Below are positions 36,706 to 48,699 of a stretch of 64,000 nucleotides of DNA, one piece after another (within the stretch, counting starts at the first letter, position 1; each line of letters starts with the position of its first letter). Source of the stretch: Pontiella sp. (GTDB lineage: Bacteria; Verrucomicrobiota; Kiritimatiellia; Kiritimatiellales; Pontiellaceae); the NCBI GenBank assembly GCA_050290185.1, contig JBNKHE010000007.1, forward strand, positions 160,001 through 224,000, read 5' to 3'. A program made the position numbers and the translations under genes. The notes below the pieces were generated by a model. That model searched no databases, was not told the DNA's origin, and was given only the letters and a program-made list of their open reading frames with translations.

Positions 36706-37577
36706 TATTTTCTCCAGAGCTTTCGCTTCTTCCCTTCGATCAACTGCTCCATCCGGCGTTTAAAGTCATCTTTTGCTTCCAGGCCCTGTTCATAGATTTC
36801 CCAGGGCTTGTGGAAGTCGAGAATTTCCACGTCCACCAGGGGCGGCCGGATATAGATATCGACCGGGTGGTTGACTTGTTTTTCCATAGCCATGGCATCC
36901 ATCATTACCTGATAGGTATGGAAGATGGCATCGCGTGGTGACGGGATCTTGCTGGGAGGCGTTGAATCCTGACCCATGATGTCCACGGCGATCCGCACGT
37001 CGCATTTCTCGTCGAGCAGGTCGTGCGGGACATTATTCACAAGGCCGCCATCTACAAGTACCCGCTCCCCATCAAGCACTGGAGTGAAAATGTAGGGCAA
37101 CGCCATGCTGGCACGTACGGCGGGCAGCAGCTCGCCGGATTGGAGTACCACCTGTTCCTTCCGCCAGAAGTCTGTGGCAACCACCTTGAGGGGAATCTTG
37201 AGCTCCTCAAAGGTCGATACCTGCATTTGATCATAGAGGAACGATAACAGTTTTTCGCCCTTGAGCAGGCCCTGCGGTTTGAAACTGAAATGCGGGTCGA
37301 GCAACTCCAGAATCTTGAGCGAATCCTTTTGCCGGATGATATCTTTCAGTTTTGCGTGGGGCGGAACGATCAGCTTATGGAACATTTCGGCAATATTCTT
37401 TGCCGAGTGTCCCGATGCATAGAGTGCCCCCATAATGGCTCCGATGCTCGTACCCGTCATGCAATAGGGCTTTATGCCGAGTTCGTCGAAGACCTCAAGA
37501 ATAGGCAGGTGCGCAAAACCTTTCGCGCCACCGCCGCCGAGTGCGAGTCCGATCTTTATCATGGATGAAGTATGCAA
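36705..37577 (-). CDS. Patatin-like phospholipase
   Basis: GGGAKG, GTSIG and DGG motifs. Confidence 0.92.
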   Translation of the reverse strand: MHTSSMIKIGLALGGGGAKGFAHLPILEVFDELGIKPYCMTGTSIGAIMGALYASGHSAKNIAEMFHKLIVPPHAKLKDIIRQKDSLKILELLDPHFSFKPQGLLKGEKLLSFLYDQMQVSTFEELKIPLKVVATDFWRKEQVVLQSGELLPAVRASMALPYIFTPVLDGERVLVDGGLVNNVPHDLLDEKCDVRIAVDIMGQDSTPPSKIPSPRDAIFHTYQVMMDAMAMEKQVNHPVDIYIRPPLVDVEILDFHKPWEIYEQGLEAKDDFKRRMEQLIEGKKRKLWRK

Positions 37578-37623
37578 GGGAGCGATGCAGGGATAAAGCC
37601 TATTATTGGAAATGAGCCGGCCA

Positions 37624-38586
37624 TCAAGGATTCCATGCGGCGTCGGCGAGAAATTCGGTAACGATGGCTTTGTAACTGGATAGGCGCTGGGCCTTTTTGA
37701 GCTTCTTGAATAATTGGTGGCCGTTGGAGATGTGCATGCTCTGATAGGTCCAGAATTCCTTCATTTTCCCCAGAACCGGCTGATCACCGTGAAGGACCGT
37801 TTCGTAGCGTGCCAGCAGGTCTTCATGAAAGGCGGCAATGCGGTTGATGGCATTCGGGATCCCGGGCTGGCCGCTCTTGATGACTTCGCACAGGAACGGG
37901 TTGGCAAGAAGCCCTCGTCCAAGCATAAAGCGGTCGATGGACGGGAAGCGTGCCTGGATCTGTTTGAAGGAAGAGAGGGTATGGATATCCCCGTTGTAGC
38001 AGACGGGCCGTTCCAATGCGGAACAGGCTTCGTCAAAGGCATCGAGATCGACCGTCCCGTCATACATTTGCTCCGCCGTACGTGGATGGATGATCACCTC
38101 GCTCAATGGATACTGATTCAATATCGGAATCAGATTCATCAGTTCCGATTTGTCCGCCACGCCAAGCCGCACCTTGACAGAAATGCGGCAGGGGCTTTCG
38201 CGGCAGGCCTTGTCGAGGACGGCCGCGACCATATCGGGATGGGCCAGGAGCCCGGAGCCGCGCCTCTTTTTTCGGATCGGTTTGTGCGGGCAGCCGAGGT
38301 TCCAGTTCACCTCGTCATATCCCAGATCGTGCAGCGCCTTGGTCATCTGTACGAAATCATCGGCTTTGTTGCCGATTAATTGCGGGATGAGCGGCAGTCC
38401 TGAATTGTTTTCCGGCAGTACATCCTTCAGCAGCTTGGGGTTAATCCGTTCGGCGCTGACAGTCGAAATGAACGGAGCCATTTCGATATCCAGTCCCTCA
38501 AAGTGGCGGATGAAGGCCTGGCGATAATGCATCGTTGTAATCCCGCGCATCGGAGCCAAGATCAATACTGGACTTGAAGTGCTCAT
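37624..38586 (-). CDS. tRNA-dihydrouridine synthase family protein
   Basis: LAPM.G.T, NLGCP, GSGLL, IHPRT and NGDI motifs. Confidence 0.92.
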   Translation of the reverse strand: MSTSSPVLILAPMRGITTMHYRQAFIRHFEGLDIEMAPFISTVSAERINPKLLKDVLPENNSGLPLIPQLIGNKADDFVQMTKALHDLGYDEVNWNLGCPHKPIRKKRRGSGLLAHPDMVAAVLDKACRESPCRISVKVRLGVADKSELMNLIPILNQYPLSEVIIHPRTAEQMYDGTVDLDAFDEACSALERPVCYNGDIHTLSSFKQIQARFPSIDRFMLGRGLLANPFLCEVIKSGQPGIPNAINRIAAFHEDLLARYETVLHGDQPVLGKMKEFWTYQSMHISNGHQLFKKLKKAQRLSSYKAIVTEFLADAAWNP

Positions 38587-38592
38587 TGTTTA

Positions 38593-38653
38593 GCCACGGA
38601 ACAACACGGATGAACCCGGTAAAAATCGATGTTTATCCACGTTCATCCGTGGC
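38593..38653. repeat. REP-like intergenic palindrome
   Basis: cacggatgaac (38605-38615) pairs with gttcatccgtg (38641-38651); repeated cacgga units. Confidence 0.65.
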
Positions 38654-38658
38654 CTGGT

Positions 38659-39225
38659 TCATGCGCGGGAGAGGTATTTGCGGTCGCGGGTGTCGACCTT
38701 GATGGTTTCGCCGGGTTCGATATATTCCGGAACCTGCACGATCAAGCCGGTAGTCAGCGTGGCCGGTTTGGTGCGCGAGGTGGCCGAGGCGCCTTTCATG
38801 GCGGGCGGGCATTCGACGATCTCCATATCGATCGTGTCGGGCATCTGGAGCGTCAGGATCTTTCCTTCGGAAACCAGTGCAATGATCCCTTCCATGTCCT
38901 CGATTAAAAAGGGCAGGCAGTCTTCAATATCTTCCTTTACCAGTTCAAACTGCTCGTAGGACGAGAGATCCATGAAGGCAAACCGATCGCCATCCTTATA
39001 GAGATATTGAACCTCGTTTTTATCGTACGTGGCGTCCTGGAGGGCATCGTCTGCCCGATAGGTTTTGTCGACCTTCTGCTTGGTGGAAACGTTGCGGAAC
39101 CGGACCTTGTAGATGGTTCCTCCGCCGCGAGCCGTCGGCGATTGCTGGGTGATGTTTTCAATTACGTGCGGGGTGCCGTCGATGTCGATGACGGACGTCT
39201 TCTTCAAATCACATGCCTTGACCAT
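38659..39225 (-). CDS. yeiP: Elongation factor P-like protein (EfpL/YeiP)
   Basis: EF-P fold with SPTARGG loop instead of KPGKG; KPATLTTGL..QVPEYI. Confidence 0.88.
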   Translation of the reverse strand: MVKACDLKKTSVIDIDGTPHVIENITQQSPTARGGGTIYKVRFRNVSTKQKVDKTYRADDALQDATYDKNEVQYLYKDGDRFAFMDLSSYEQFELVKEDIEDCLPFLIEDMEGIIALVSEGKILTLQMPDTIDMEIVECPPAMKGASATSRTKPATLTTGLIVQVPEYIEPGETIKVDTRDRKYLSRA

Positions 39226-39332
39226 AAAATCCTCCGGTTAAAAAGAAGGGCGCAATATCCCTGAACGAAATGGAATTTTCAAGCGATTTGGCGCGTGATG
39301 AGTGATGATTGAAACGAGGTTCTTCTAACGCC

Positions 39333-40076
39333 TCACGCCTTATTTATCATTGCGGCGGAGAACCCGGCGCCGAAGCCATTGTCAATATTGACGACGGTGA
39401 TGTTGGGCGCGCAGGAGTTGAGCATGGTAAAGAGCGGGGCGAGCCCATTGAGGTGCGAGCCGTAGCCAACGGAGGTGGGCACCGCAATTACGGGGCAGGG
39501 AGCCAGTCCGCCAACGACAGACGGCAACGCGCCTTCCATTCCGGCTACGGCAACGATGCAACGGGCTTTTTGAATTTTTTCATTCTGTGCTAAAAGGCGG
39601 TGGATACCGGCCACACCGCAATCATAGAGACGTTCGACGTTTGCGCCGGAGATTGCGGCCGTTACAGCGGCTTCTTCGGCGACGGGAATGTCGGCAGTGC
39701 CGGCAGAAATCACCAAAACACTGCCTGTTTTTTCGCGATCTTCTTTTTCGAGTGTGATGGTGCGCCCAAGCTCGTTGTAGACCAGACGGCTATCCATTCC
39801 CTGCAGATGCGCAAACAGTTCGGGTTCGGCCCGGGTTAGAAGAATATTACCGTTGTGCTTTGCGAGCGATTGGAAGATTTTTTCAACCTGTTGGGAGGTC
39901 TTTCCCTGGCAGAAAACGACTTCGGGGTAGCCGGTGCGGAGGGCCCGGTGGTGATCCACTTTCGCAAAGCCCATATCTTCGAATGGCAGATGTTTAAGCG
40001 TTGCGAGGGTTTGTTCCAAATCCGTCTCGCCGCTCTTAAAGCGGGTCAGCAACTGCGTGATTCTATCTATTTCCAT
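39333..40076 (-). CDS. larB: Nickel-pincer cofactor biosynthesis protein LarB
   Basis: DHHR..RTGYPE, AGTAD.PVAEEA, AGMEGALPS, PTSVGYG and VVNIDNGFG motifs. Confidence 0.93.
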   Translation of the reverse strand: MEIDRITQLLTRFKSGETDLEQTLATLKHLPFEDMGFAKVDHHRALRTGYPEVVFCQGKTSQQVEKIFQSLAKHNGNILLTRAEPELFAHLQGMDSRLVYNELGRTITLEKEDREKTGSVLVISAGTADIPVAEEAAVTAAISGANVERLYDCGVAGIHRLLAQNEKIQKARCIVAVAGMEGALPSVVGGLAPCPVIAVPTSVGYGSHLNGLAPLFTMLNSCAPNITVVNIDNGFGAGFSAAMINKA

Positions 40077-40951
40077 GGTGGCGTCCCCGGTAGCAAGGCT
40101 TTGAACTCACGGATTACTTGTTGTTGATATTCATCGGGAAAACCACCGGCCAGAAACATTCCATATGCTTCGTCCATAAACCGTTGCCAGCTTTCAATCT
40201 CATGCCCCGGATTGATTGGGAAAAAATTGCAGCCAATGGCCTGGGCGGTGGCCATGTCGCCGGGGGCATCGCCGATCATGAGGATGGCGTTGGCGGGATA
40301 GCGGTTGACTGCAGCCATCGTGAAATGATCGATCTTGCTGCCCAGCTCGGGGCCGGCGATAACGGAAACGTATTTCGCAAGATCATCACGGTACCAATCC
40401 TTGAGTAGGGCAACGGCCTGCGTCTGGGAGATTACAATGGCATCGGAGTTTTGCTGGATGCGCTTTAGCGCATCTTCGACGCCGTCAAACGCCGGCGGGT
40501 CGGACATGTTTTGGTCAATGTCGGCATTGAGCGAAACGCTCCATGTGTGGGCCTCTGCCAGGAGTTTGCTGCCGGTACGTTGAGCTTCGGCTTCAATGGT
40601 TGCATTGCTCAACGGGAGGCCGGAGTCGCAGTACGTTCGTAAATCCGTTGGATCGGGAAGGTCGGCGTTTTCGCGGGCTTCGGGCCAATCCTGGAGTAGC
40701 TCAAAGGTTTTGCAAAGCCCCAGGAAGCGGTTGAGTCCCCGATAGGTGGAGTAGAGATAGACAAACTCGGCTGCGGCGCGAACCTGGGGTTCGATGGCTT
40801 CAAGTTGCCAGTGCCGGATGATATGGGGGTGGAAGAAATCTTTTTGTTTTATCTCCATGGTGTCGAAAACGCAGCCATCGGAATCGATGCCCACGAATGT
40901 GTCGAATCGGGGGAGAAAGTTGATGAGGTCGTCTTTGGTAAATTCTGTCAT
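40067..40951 (-). CDS. HAD superfamily hydrolase
   Basis: DSDGCVFD motif I and MIGDAPGD motif IV. Confidence 0.88.
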   Translation of the reverse strand: MTEFTKDDLINFLPRFDTFVGIDSDGCVFDTMEIKQKDFFHPHIIRHWQLEAIEPQVRAAAEFVYLYSTYRGLNRFLGLCKTFELLQDWPEARENADLPDPTDLRTYCDSGLPLSNATIEAEAQRTGSKLLAEAHTWSVSLNADIDQNMSDPPAFDGVEDALKRIQQNSDAIVISQTQAVALLKDWYRDDLAKYVSVIAGPELGSKIDHFTMAAVNRYPANAILMIGDAPGDMATAQAIGCNFFPINPGHEIESWQRFMDEAYGMFLAGGFPDEYQQQVIREFKALLPGTPPWK

Positions 40952-41116
40952 AAATGGAATCCAATAGTTTGAAACAGTAGGTTGTGAAGGGATAGGGGGT
41001 CAAGCTTGGAGCCTTGAAACGGCAGATTTTGGTATTTTTTTATCGAAGCAATTCAGGGGGTTCGGTAAATTCCGCGACTATATTCATAAATCCGAATAAA
41101 CGAATAGAGGTCTGTT

Positions 41117-42304
41117 ATGAGCAAAATCCGTAAGGATCACGTATTTACTTCCGAGTCTGTTTCCGAGGGGCATCCCGATAAGGTGTGCGACCAGATTTCC
41201 GATGCTATTCTGGACGCCTGTCTGGCGAAGGATTCCGGAAGTCGTGTAGCGTGTGAAACATTGACCACAACCAATCTGGTGGTAAACGCCGGTGAAATTA
41301 CCTGTTCCGGGTGGGAGAATATCGATCCCGAAGCCATCGCCCGCGAAGTTGTGCGCGATATCGGTTATGACCGCGAGGAGCTGGAGTTTTGCAGCGAAAC
41401 GTTTGAATACATCAACCGTCTGCATGGACAGTCGCCCGACATTTCCCAGGGCGTGACCGAAGGTCAGGGGCTTTTCAATGAACAAGGAGCCGGCGACCAG
41501 GGCATGATGTTCGGCTATGCGAGCAATGATACCGACGAGCTGATGCCTGCGCCGATTGCCTTCAGCCACCGTCTGCTGGATGAGCTTCAGAAAATCCGCA
41601 AAGCGGGAACCATTCCCTATCTTCGCCCCGATTCAAAATCGCAGGTCTCGGTTCTGCACATCAACGGGAAACCGAAATCCATTGAAACCGTGGTGATTTC
41701 GCACCAGACCGATGATGTTGCGTTGGAACAGATCAGAAAGGATCTGATCGAGGTGTGCAAGGATGTGCTGGAGCCGACTGGTTTGCTCAAGTCGGATACG
41801 GAATTCTTTATCAACCCGACCGGAAAATTCGTGATCGGCGGGCCGCATGGCGATGCCGGTCTGACCGGCCGCAAGATTATCGTCGACAGCTATGGCGGTG
41901 TCGGGAGCCACGGTGGTGGTGCGTTCTCCGGCAAGGATCCCTCCAAGGTCGACCGTTCGGCCGCCTATTATTCCCGCTATGCCGCCAAGAATATTGTTGC
42001 GGCAGGTCTTGCGGAAAAGTGCGAAATCCAGGTGGCCTATGCCATCGGTGTCGCAAAGCCGCTCAGCATCAATATCGACACCTACGGCACCGGCAAGGTG
42101 GATGACCACCTGATTGAAAAGGTCATCAAGTCGGGTGAAATCTTCGACTTCCGTCCCCGTGCTCTGATTGAAGATCTGGGCCTGTTGACGCCCGCGGGCT
42201 GGAGCTATCGGGACTCTGCCGCCTATGGTCATTTTGGACGTTCCCGTTTCCCTTGGGAGAAGACGGATAGGATCGATGCATTGCGCAAGGCCGTCGGCCT
42301 TTAA
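41117..42304 (+). CDS. metK: S-adenosylmethionine synthetase
   Basis: [19 protein letters not shown] and GGGAFSGKD motifs. Confidence 0.98.
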   Translation: MSKIRKDHVFTSESVSEGHPDKVCDQISDAILDACLAKDSGSRVACETLTTTNLVVNAGEITCSGWENIDPEAIAREVVRDIGYDREELEFCSETFEYINRLHGQSPDISQGVTEGQGLFNEQGAGDQGMMFGYASNDTDELMPAPIAFSHRLLDELQKIRKAGTIPYLRPDSKSQVSVLHINGKPKSIETVVISHQTDDVALEQIRKDLIEVCKDVLEPTGLLKSDTEFFINPTGKFVIGGPHGDAGLTGRKIIVDSYGGVGSHGGGAFSGKDPSKVDRSAAYYSRYAAKNIVAAGLAEKCEIQVAYAIGVAKPLSINIDTYGTGKVDDHLIEKVIKSGEIFDFRPRALIEDLGLLTPAGWSYRDSAAYGHFGRSRFPWEKTDRIDALRKAVGL

Positions 42305-42327
42305 TTTGCCTGTCTATCGTTGAAGAG

Positions 42328-42362
42328 GTGCGCCATCCGCTTTTCCGGGTGGTGCATTTTTT
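42328..42362 (+). terminator. Terminator after metK
   Basis: gtgcgccatccg / cgggtggtgcat stem followed by a T tract. Confidence 0.75.
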
Positions 42363-42444
42363 GATAAGAGCCGTTGCAGTCCCTTCTTGAAGAACGCGGT
42401 ACGGGCGCTATAGTGATTGTGCTTCTATCACGATTGGTTTGAAC

Positions 42445-43719
42445 ATGAGTAATAAGCGCAAACTCGAACAACTGGAAACCTATCTGCTTGCGGTTTTGGA
42501 TGGTTCCCAAACCGGAAAATGGCCCAGCATCCTGCGCGCCCTGCTCAAAGGTCTTTCCCTGCTGTTCGCTGTCGTGGTGCAAGTCCGCCTTTGGCTTTAC
42601 CATCATCGCATCCTGCGGCCCAGTACGCTGGGATGCCAGGTCATCAGTGTCGGAAACCTAACAGTGGGGGGGACTGGCAAAACTCCGGTGGTGGAAGTGT
42701 TTGCCAGAAACCTGCAGGAACAGGGGCGGAAAGTTGCCATTCTAAGCCGCGGCTACAAGAGTAAGGAGCTTCCGTTCCTTCAGAAGATGGTCCAACGCAT
42801 CACGACGGGTAAAATCGAAGCTCCGCCACGTGTGGTTTCCGATGGAAAACGCCTGTTACTGGACTCGTGGACGGCGGGCGACGAGCCCTACATGCTTGCA
42901 TCCAATCTTCCGAATGTTGCTGTAGTGGTCGACAAGGATCGTGTCAAAGCCGGTAAATATGCCATCAAGGAACTGGGCTGCGATACGCTTATCCTCGACG
43001 ATGGTTTCCAGTATCTGAAACTGGGCAATCGCCTGGATATCGCATTGGTCGATTGCACGAATCCCTTTGGCGGAGGTCATCTGCTCCCGCGGGGCCTGCT
43101 GCGCGAGCCCATGCGCAATATCAAACGTGCCGGGTTTATTTTTATCACCAAGTGCCATAATGGCGGGGATAAGGAACTCAAGGAACAGTTGCGGCGGCTC
43201 AATCCCGTGGCCGAAATCTCGGAGTGCCGTCATGCGAATAAATATCTAAAGGATGTTTTTGGCGATAAGACCCATGAACTGGATATGTTGAAAGGGATGA
43301 AAATTGCCGCCGTTTCCGCCATTGCCGTTCCGGAAAGCTTTGAAAATGCGCTGCGCAACCTAGGGGCCGAAATTATCTATACCCGCCGTTTTGCCGACCA
43401 TCACCGATTCTCCCAGCAGGAAATCATCAATACCATCAATTGGAGCATCAAACACGGAGCGCAGGCGATCCTGACCACCGAAAAGGATGCGGTGCGGTTC
43501 CCGTTTGTTGACCGGCGTGATATCCCGGTGCTGTTCATGCGGGTTGAGATTGAGATGCTGAGCGGGGAAGAAGAATTTATGGATTGGATTGCGCGCATCT
43601 GTTTCAAGTCCCCGCGCGAACGAAAAGCGCAGGAAAAGAAGAAGGCGGCTGATGATGCCAGCCGCCTTGCAGCAGAGGGAAAGGAGAAAGTAAAACCCTC
43701 TGCTTATGCACAAACTTGA
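42445..43719 (+). CDS. lpxK: Tetraacyldisaccharide 4'-kinase
   Basis: [27 protein letters not shown] and TTEKDAV motifs. Confidence 0.96.
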   Translation: MSNKRKLEQLETYLLAVLDGSQTGKWPSILRALLKGLSLLFAVVVQVRLWLYHHRILRPSTLGCQVISVGNLTVGGTGKTPVVEVFARNLQEQGRKVAILSRGYKSKELPFLQKMVQRITTGKIEAPPRVVSDGKRLLLDSWTAGDEPYMLASNLPNVAVVVDKDRVKAGKYAIKELGCDTLILDDGFQYLKLGNRLDIALVDCTNPFGGGHLLPRGLLREPMRNIKRAGFIFITKCHNGGDKELKEQLRRLNPVAEISECRHANKYLKDVFGDKTHELDMLKGMKIAAVSAIAVPESFENALRNLGAEIIYTRRFADHHRFSQQEIINTINWSIKHGAQAILTTEKDAVRFPFVDRRDIPVLFMRVEIEMLSGEEEFMDWIARICFKSPRERKAQEKKKAADDASRLAAEGKEKVKPSAYAQT

Positions 43720-43761
43720 CTACTTAGACGGCACCCTTCGGAAGCCGTTCAATTAAAGACG

Positions 43762-43800
43762 AAAAAAACGCTCCTCCATTGCCGGGGAGCGTTTTTTTTT
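43762..43800. terminator. Bidirectional terminator between lpxK and carB
   Basis: aaaaaaacgctcc / ggagcgttttttttt. Confidence 0.85.
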
Positions 43801-43820
43801 CTTCGTAGCGCAGGATAGTG

Positions 43821-46800
43821 CTATGCGTGGTAGTCCTGGATCGGACGGACATCCCAGTCGTTTGACTTGATGTAGCGGATGGCTTTTCCTGTTGCATGGG
43901 CACCCGATTCCGTCGTTACGATCGGAAGGCCGCGCAGGATGGCTTCGGAGCGGATCTTGATTTCATCCACCCGGGCCACCGGACCGCTGGGCGTGTTGAC
44001 CAGCAACTGGACGCCGCTTTCCTTCATCAGGTCGATCACGTTCTTCCCATCTTCGGACAACTTATGCGTCAGCATAACTTCCAGACCGGCATTGTGCAGC
44101 GCCTGCGCCGTACCTTCGGTTGCGACCAGTTTAAAGCCAAGCTCGTTAAATTCCCGGCCGATTTCGACGATCCAGTCCTTGTCGCGGTCCTTGGCGCTGA
44201 GGAAGACGGTCCCTTCGGTCGGCAGTACCTGGCCGGCCGCTATTTCCGCTTTCCAGAAGGCTAGTTCAAAGGTGGTGTCGATTCCCATGACTTCGCCGGT
44301 GGATTTCATTTCCGGACCGAGGATCGGGTCGACGCCCGCAAAGCGGTTAAAGGGGAATACCGCTTCTTTGACGGCATACCATTCGATTTTTGGCTGGAAC
44401 CCGACGAGGCCCAGTTCCTTGAGCGTCTTGCCCATCGATATCTGCGTTGCAATGTTTGCCAGAGGAACATTGGTGGCCTTGCTTACATAGGGAACGGTAC
44501 GCGAGGCACGCGGATTGACTTCGATAATGTAGAACTCGTCGTCCTTGACGGCGAGCTGTGCGTTCATGAGTCCATGCACATTCAGTTCCAGTGCCATGGC
44601 CGAGCAGGCTTCTTTGATGCGGTTGACCATTTCATCGTTGAGCGAGTAGGGCGGGATCGAGCAGGCGCTATCGCCCGAATGGATGCCGGCTTCCTCAACG
44701 TGTTCCATAACACCGCCGATATAAACATCGGTTCCGTCGCAGACCAGATCAACATCTACTTCGATGGCGTGTTCGAGGAAGCGGTCAATCAGCACGGGAT
44801 GTTCGGGGCTGGCGGCGAAGGCTGCGTTGACGAAGGGTTCCAGCTCCTCTTCCTCGTAGGCCACCATCATCGCGCGCCCGCCGAGAACGAAGGAGGGTCG
44901 GATCATGACCGGGAAGCCGATGCGTTCCGCAATAACCTCCGCCTGTTCGAGTGTTTTAGCGGTAGCACTTTCCGGCTGTTTGAGTTCAAGCTTGTCGAGC
45001 AGCTGGCGGAAAAGTTCGCGGTCTTCTGCCGCGGCGATGCTCTTCGGAGAAGTGCCGAGAATCGGGACGCCTGCTTCCAGCAGGCGATCCGCCAGATTGA
45101 GCGGGGTTTGGCCGCCCATCTGTACGATCATTCCGATCGGCTGTTCCGTCTCGTAAATGTTCATCACATCTTCAAAGGTCAGCGGTTCGAAATAGAGTTT
45201 GTCCGAAGTATCGTAGTCAGTCGAAACGGTTTCCGGGTTGGAGTTGACCATGATGGCTTCGTAGCCCATTTCCCGCAGGGCCTTGACGGTATGCACGCAG
45301 GAATAGTCGAACTCGATGCCCTGGCCGATCCGGTTCGGTCCCGAGCCCAGCACGATCACGCTTTGCTTATCGGTTTTCCGTGTTTCGTTGAGATCGGCAT
45401 AGCAGGAATAGAAATATGGGGTGGAAGCTTCGAATTCGCCGGCGCAGGTGTCGACCAGACTGTAGACCGGGATGATGCCTAGCTGCTTGCGCAGCGCCCG
45501 GATATCGTTTCCTTTACATCCGCGCAGTGCGCCGATCTGCTCGTCGGAGAAACCGTTTTTCTTGGCTTTTTTGAGCAGGTCGTAATCCAGTTCAGCGGCA
45601 TCGATAATTTCCTGTTCGATCTCAACGATCTGCAGAATGTTGTCGATGAACCATGGGTCGAGATGGGTCATGGACTGGATTTTTTCGATGGAATAACCCT
45701 TCTTGAGCGCTATCTTAATGGCAATCGTGCGCTCTGTGCAGGTGGTCTGCAGGTAATTGTCCAGTTTGGAGACGTCGACTTTGGCTTCCGCCTTCAGATC
45801 CAGTCCATCAACACCGATCTCCAACGAACGGAAGGCTTTTTGCAGCGACTCTTTGAAGTTGCGGCCGATCGCCATGGTTTCGCCGACCGACTTCATGCTG
45901 ACGCCCAGCGTAGGGTTGGCGCTGGGGAACTTTTCAAACGTGAAGCGCGGGAGCTTGGTTACCACATAATCGATAGACGGCTCGAAACAGGCCGGAGTTT
46001 CCTTGGTGATATCGTTGGGCAACTCATCGAGGGTGTATCCGGCGGCGAGCTTGGCCGCGAGTTTCGCAATCGGGAAGCCGGTTGCTTTTGAGGCGAGGGC
46101 CGATGAACGCGATACGCGCGGATTCATTTCGATAATCGCCATGCGTCCGGTTTCCGGGTGGATGCAGAACTGCACATTGGAGCCGCCGGTTTCCACGCCG
46201 ATCACGCGTAACACTTTGAGCGATGTATCGCGCATAATCTGGTATTCGCGGTCGGTCAGAGTCTGTGCCGGTGCGACGGTGATGCTGTCTCCGGTATGGA
46301 TACCCATGGGGTCCATGTTTTCGATGGCGCAGATGATGACGGCGTTATCTTTTTTGTCGCGCATCACTTCCATCTCGAACTCTTTCCAGCCAAACACGGA
46401 TTCTTCGAGCAGGACTTCCGTGGTTAGGCTGGCCTTAAGCCCCCCTTCCGCGACCTCCAGCAGCTCTTCCATATTATTGGCAATTCCGCCGCCGGTTCCG
46501 CCGAGAGTGAAGGACGGGCGTACAATAATCGGGAAGTCGAGTTCCTCTTCGGCGATGCGCCTGGCTTCGGCCAGATCATGAACTTCATAGCTGCGCAGGG
46601 TTTCGATGCCTGCTTCTGCCATGACTTCCTTGAACAGGTCACGCTCTTCACCGCGCATGATGGCGTCGTACTTGGCGCCAATCATTTCCACGCCATACTT
46701 TTCCAATACGCCCATTTCGACCAGCTTCATAGCCGTATTGAGTGCGGTTTGTCCGCCCAGGGTCGGAAGAATGGCGTCCGGCCGTTCCCGGATGATGATT

Positions 46801-47027
46801 TTTTCAACGGCCTCCGGAGTGATCGGCTCAATATAGGTATGGTCGGCCGTGGCAGGGTCGGTCATGATCGTTGCCGGATTGGAGTTGATCAGAGACACGA
46901 TATAGCCTTCTTCGCGCAGCGCCTTGCAGGCTTGCGTTCCGGAATAGTCGAACTCGCAGGCTTGGCCGATCACGATCGGGCCGGAGCCGATGATTAGAAT
47001 GTGGTGGATATCTTCTCTTTTTGGCAT
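43821..47027 (-). CDS. carB: Carbamoyl-phosphate synthase large subunit
   Basis: MPKR...[17 protein letters not shown]; duplicated ATP-grasp halves; MGS tail. Confidence 0.98.
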   Translation of the reverse strand: MPKREDIHHILIIGSGPIVIGQACEFDYSGTQACKALREEGYIVSLINSNPATIMTDPATADHTYIEPITPEAVEKIIIRERPDAILPTLGGQTALNTAMKLVEMGVLEKYGVEMIGAKYDAIMRGEERDLFKEVMAEAGIETLRSYEVHDLAEARRIAEEELDFPIIVRPSFTLGGTGGGIANNMEELLEVAEGGLKASLTTEVLLEESVFGWKEFEMEVMRDKKDNAVIICAIENMDPMGIHTGDSITVAPAQTLTDREYQIMRDTSLKVLRVIGVETGGSNVQFCIHPETGRMAIIEMNPRVSRSSALASKATGFPIAKLAAKLAAGYTLDELPNDITKETPACFEPSIDYVVTKLPRFTFEKFPSANPTLGVSMKSVGETMAIGRNFKESLQKAFRSLEIGVDGLDLKAEAKVDVSKLDNYLQTTCTERTIAIKIALKKGYSIEKIQSMTHLDPWFIDNILQIVEIEQEIIDAAELDYDLLKKAKKNGFSDEQIGALRGCKGNDIRALRKQLGIIPVYSLVDTCAGEFEASTPYFYSCYADLNETRKTDKQSVIVLGSGPNRIGQGIEFDYSCVHTVKALREMGYEAIMVNSNPETVSTDYDTSDKLYFEPLTFEDVMNIYETEQPIGMIVQMGGQTPLNLADRLLEAGVPILGTSPKSIAAAEDRELFRQLLDKLELKQPESATAKTLEQAEVIAERIGFPVMIRPSFVLGGRAMMVAYEEEELEPFVNAAFAASPEHPVLIDRFLEHAIEVDVDLVCDGTDVYIGGVMEHVEEAGIHSGDSACSIPPYSLNDEMVNRIKEACSAMALELNVHGLMNAQLAVKDDEFYIIEVNPRASRTVPYVSKATNVPLANIATQISMGKTLKELGLVGFQPKIEWYAVKEAVFPFNRFAGVDPILGPEMKSTGEVMGIDTTFELAFWKAEIAAGQVLPTEGTVFLSAKDRDKDWIVEIGREFNELGFKLVATEGTAQALHNAGLEVMLTHKLSEDGKNVIDLMKESGVQLLVNTPSGPVARVDEIKIRSEAILRGLPIVTTESGAHATGKAIRYIKSNDWDVRPIQDYHA

Positions 47028-47058
47028 AATTGTTACCTCAACGGCTTAAATCATATTT

Positions 47059-47129
47059 CTCTCAGAGTCGCGGAGGGTGCAGAGGCAACTTGAAAAAGCT
47101 CTTCTCTGCGTACTCTGCGACTTTGCGAG
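47059..47129. repeat. REP-like palindrome built from C(G/A)CAGAG-type 9-mers
   Basis: ctctcagagtcgcggagggtgcagag pairs imperfectly with ctctgcgtactctgcgactttgcgag. Confidence 0.7.
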
Positions 47130-47151
47130 GTAAACCCAGACATGTTTTAGT

Positions 47152-48699
47152 TTATTCCCATTCGATGGTGGACGGGGGTTTGGAGCTGATGTCGTAACAG
47201 ACGCGGTTGACGCCGCGGACTTCGTTGATGATGCGATTTGAAATGGAATCCATGACGTCGTACGGCAGCTTGTACCAGTCGGCGGTCATGCCGTCGCGAC
47301 TTTCGACGGCGCGGACGGCTACCACATTTTCGTAGGTGCGGTCGTCGCCCATGACGCCGACCGACTGGATCGGCAGCAACACGGCGAAGTATTGCCACAC
47401 GTCGAGGTGGTTAGGCATCTTCATGATTTCTTCGCGCACGCGCAGATCAGCCTGCTGGAGGACTTCGATGCGTTCGGGGGTAATGTCGCCAATGATGCGG
47501 ACGGCCAGACCGGGGCCTGGGAAGGGCTGGCGATCAACGACGTAGCTCGGCAGGCCGAGTTCGCGACCGACTTCGCGGACTTCGTCCTTGAATAGTTCGC
47601 GTAACGGTTCGATCAGTTTGAACTGGAGGTCGTCCGGCAAGCCGCCCACATTGTGATGGCTCTTGATGGTGGCAGACGGGCCGCCGATCGGAGAGACGGA
47701 TTCGATGACGTCGGGGTAGAGCGTTCCCTGCCCAAGGTATTTGACCTTGTCGCTAAGGCCGCGCGCCTTTTCCGCAAAAACGTCGATGAAGGTGCTGCCG
47801 ATGATCTTACGCTTCTTTTCCGGATCGGAAACGCCGGCAAGCTTGCTCAGGAAAAGATCGCCGGAATGGGCGACGATTAGGTCGATGCCGAAGGCTCGGC
47901 CGAAAAGATCTTCGATTTCCTCGGTTTCCCGGTAACGCATAAGACCGTTGTCTACATAGACGCAATGCAACCGTTTGCCGATGGCCTTATGGAGCAGGGC
48001 GGCCACTACGGAAGAGTCGACCCCTCCACTGAGGCCGAGCAGAACATGGTCGTCGCCAACGGTTTCCCTAATATGCTTTACGGTAACTTCGACGAATTTG
48101 GACATTTCCCAGTCGCCGGAGCATCCGCATATCTTGAAGGCGAAGTTCCACAGCATCTCCTTGCCTTGCGGGGTGTGGACGACTTCGGGGTGGAATTGCA
48201 CACCGAAGATGTTGCGATCGAGATGCTGAATGGCCGCGAAGGGGCAGTTGTCGGATTCGGCAACGACCTCGAAGCCTTCCGGCATGGCTTCCACCTTGTC
48301 GCCGTGGCTCATCCATACCTGGATGTCGGGCGAGAGTCCTTTGAACAGGGGCGAGCTCTTGGTGATCTGCATCATGGCCTTGCCGTATTCGCGTTTCAGA
48401 CCGGGCTTGACGGAGCCGCCGAGCGTCTGGGCCGTGAGCTGCATGCCGTAGCAGATGCCGAGGATTGGAATACCTAGATCAAACAGGGCGGGATCGCATT
48501 TGGGCGCATCTTCGTCCGGCACGCTGCATGGGCCGCCGGAAAGAATGATGCCTTTCGGGTTGCGCTTTTTCAGTTCTTCCGCCGCCGTGTCGAAGCGAAT
48601 GATTTCACAGTAGACCTTCTGTTCGCGGATGCGTCGCGCAATCAGCTGGGTGACCTGCGAGCCGTAGTCGAGGATGGCAATCCATTCGGGATGGTTCAT
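47152..48699 (-). CDS. guaA: GMP synthase (glutamine-hydrolysing)
   Basis: GICYGMQ, QFHPEV, SGGVDS, IKSHHNVGG and KPPSTIEWE motifs. Confidence 0.98.
   Translation of the reverse strand: MNHPEWIAILDYGSQVTQLIARRIREQKVYCEIIRFDTAAEELKKRNPKGIILSGGPCSVPDEDAPKCDPALFDLGIPILGICYGMQLTAQTLGGSVKPGLKREYGKAMMQITKSSPLFKGLSPDIQVWMSHGDKVEAMPEGFEVVAESDNCPFAAIQHLDRNIFGVQFHPEVVHTPQGKEMLWNFAFKICGCSGDWEMSKFVEVTVKHIRETVGDDHVLLGLSGGVDSSVVAALLHKAIGKRLHCVYVDNGLMRYRETEEIEDLFGRAFGIDLIVAHSGDLFLSKLAGVSDPEKKRKIIGSTFIDVFAEKARGLSDKVKYLGQGTLYPDVIESVSPIGGPSATIKSHHNVGGLPDDLQFKLIEPLRELFKDEVREVGRELGLPSYVVDRQPFPGPGLAVRIIGDITPERIEVLQQADLRVREEIMKMPNHLDVWQYFAVLLPIQSVGVMGDDRTYENVVAVRAVESRDGMTADWYKLPYDVMDSISNRIINEVRGVNRVCYDISSKPPSTIEWE

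Noticed and set aside
41000..41116. SAM riboswitch upstream of metK
   Set aside because: No SAM-I/II consensus elements are visible in the short leader.
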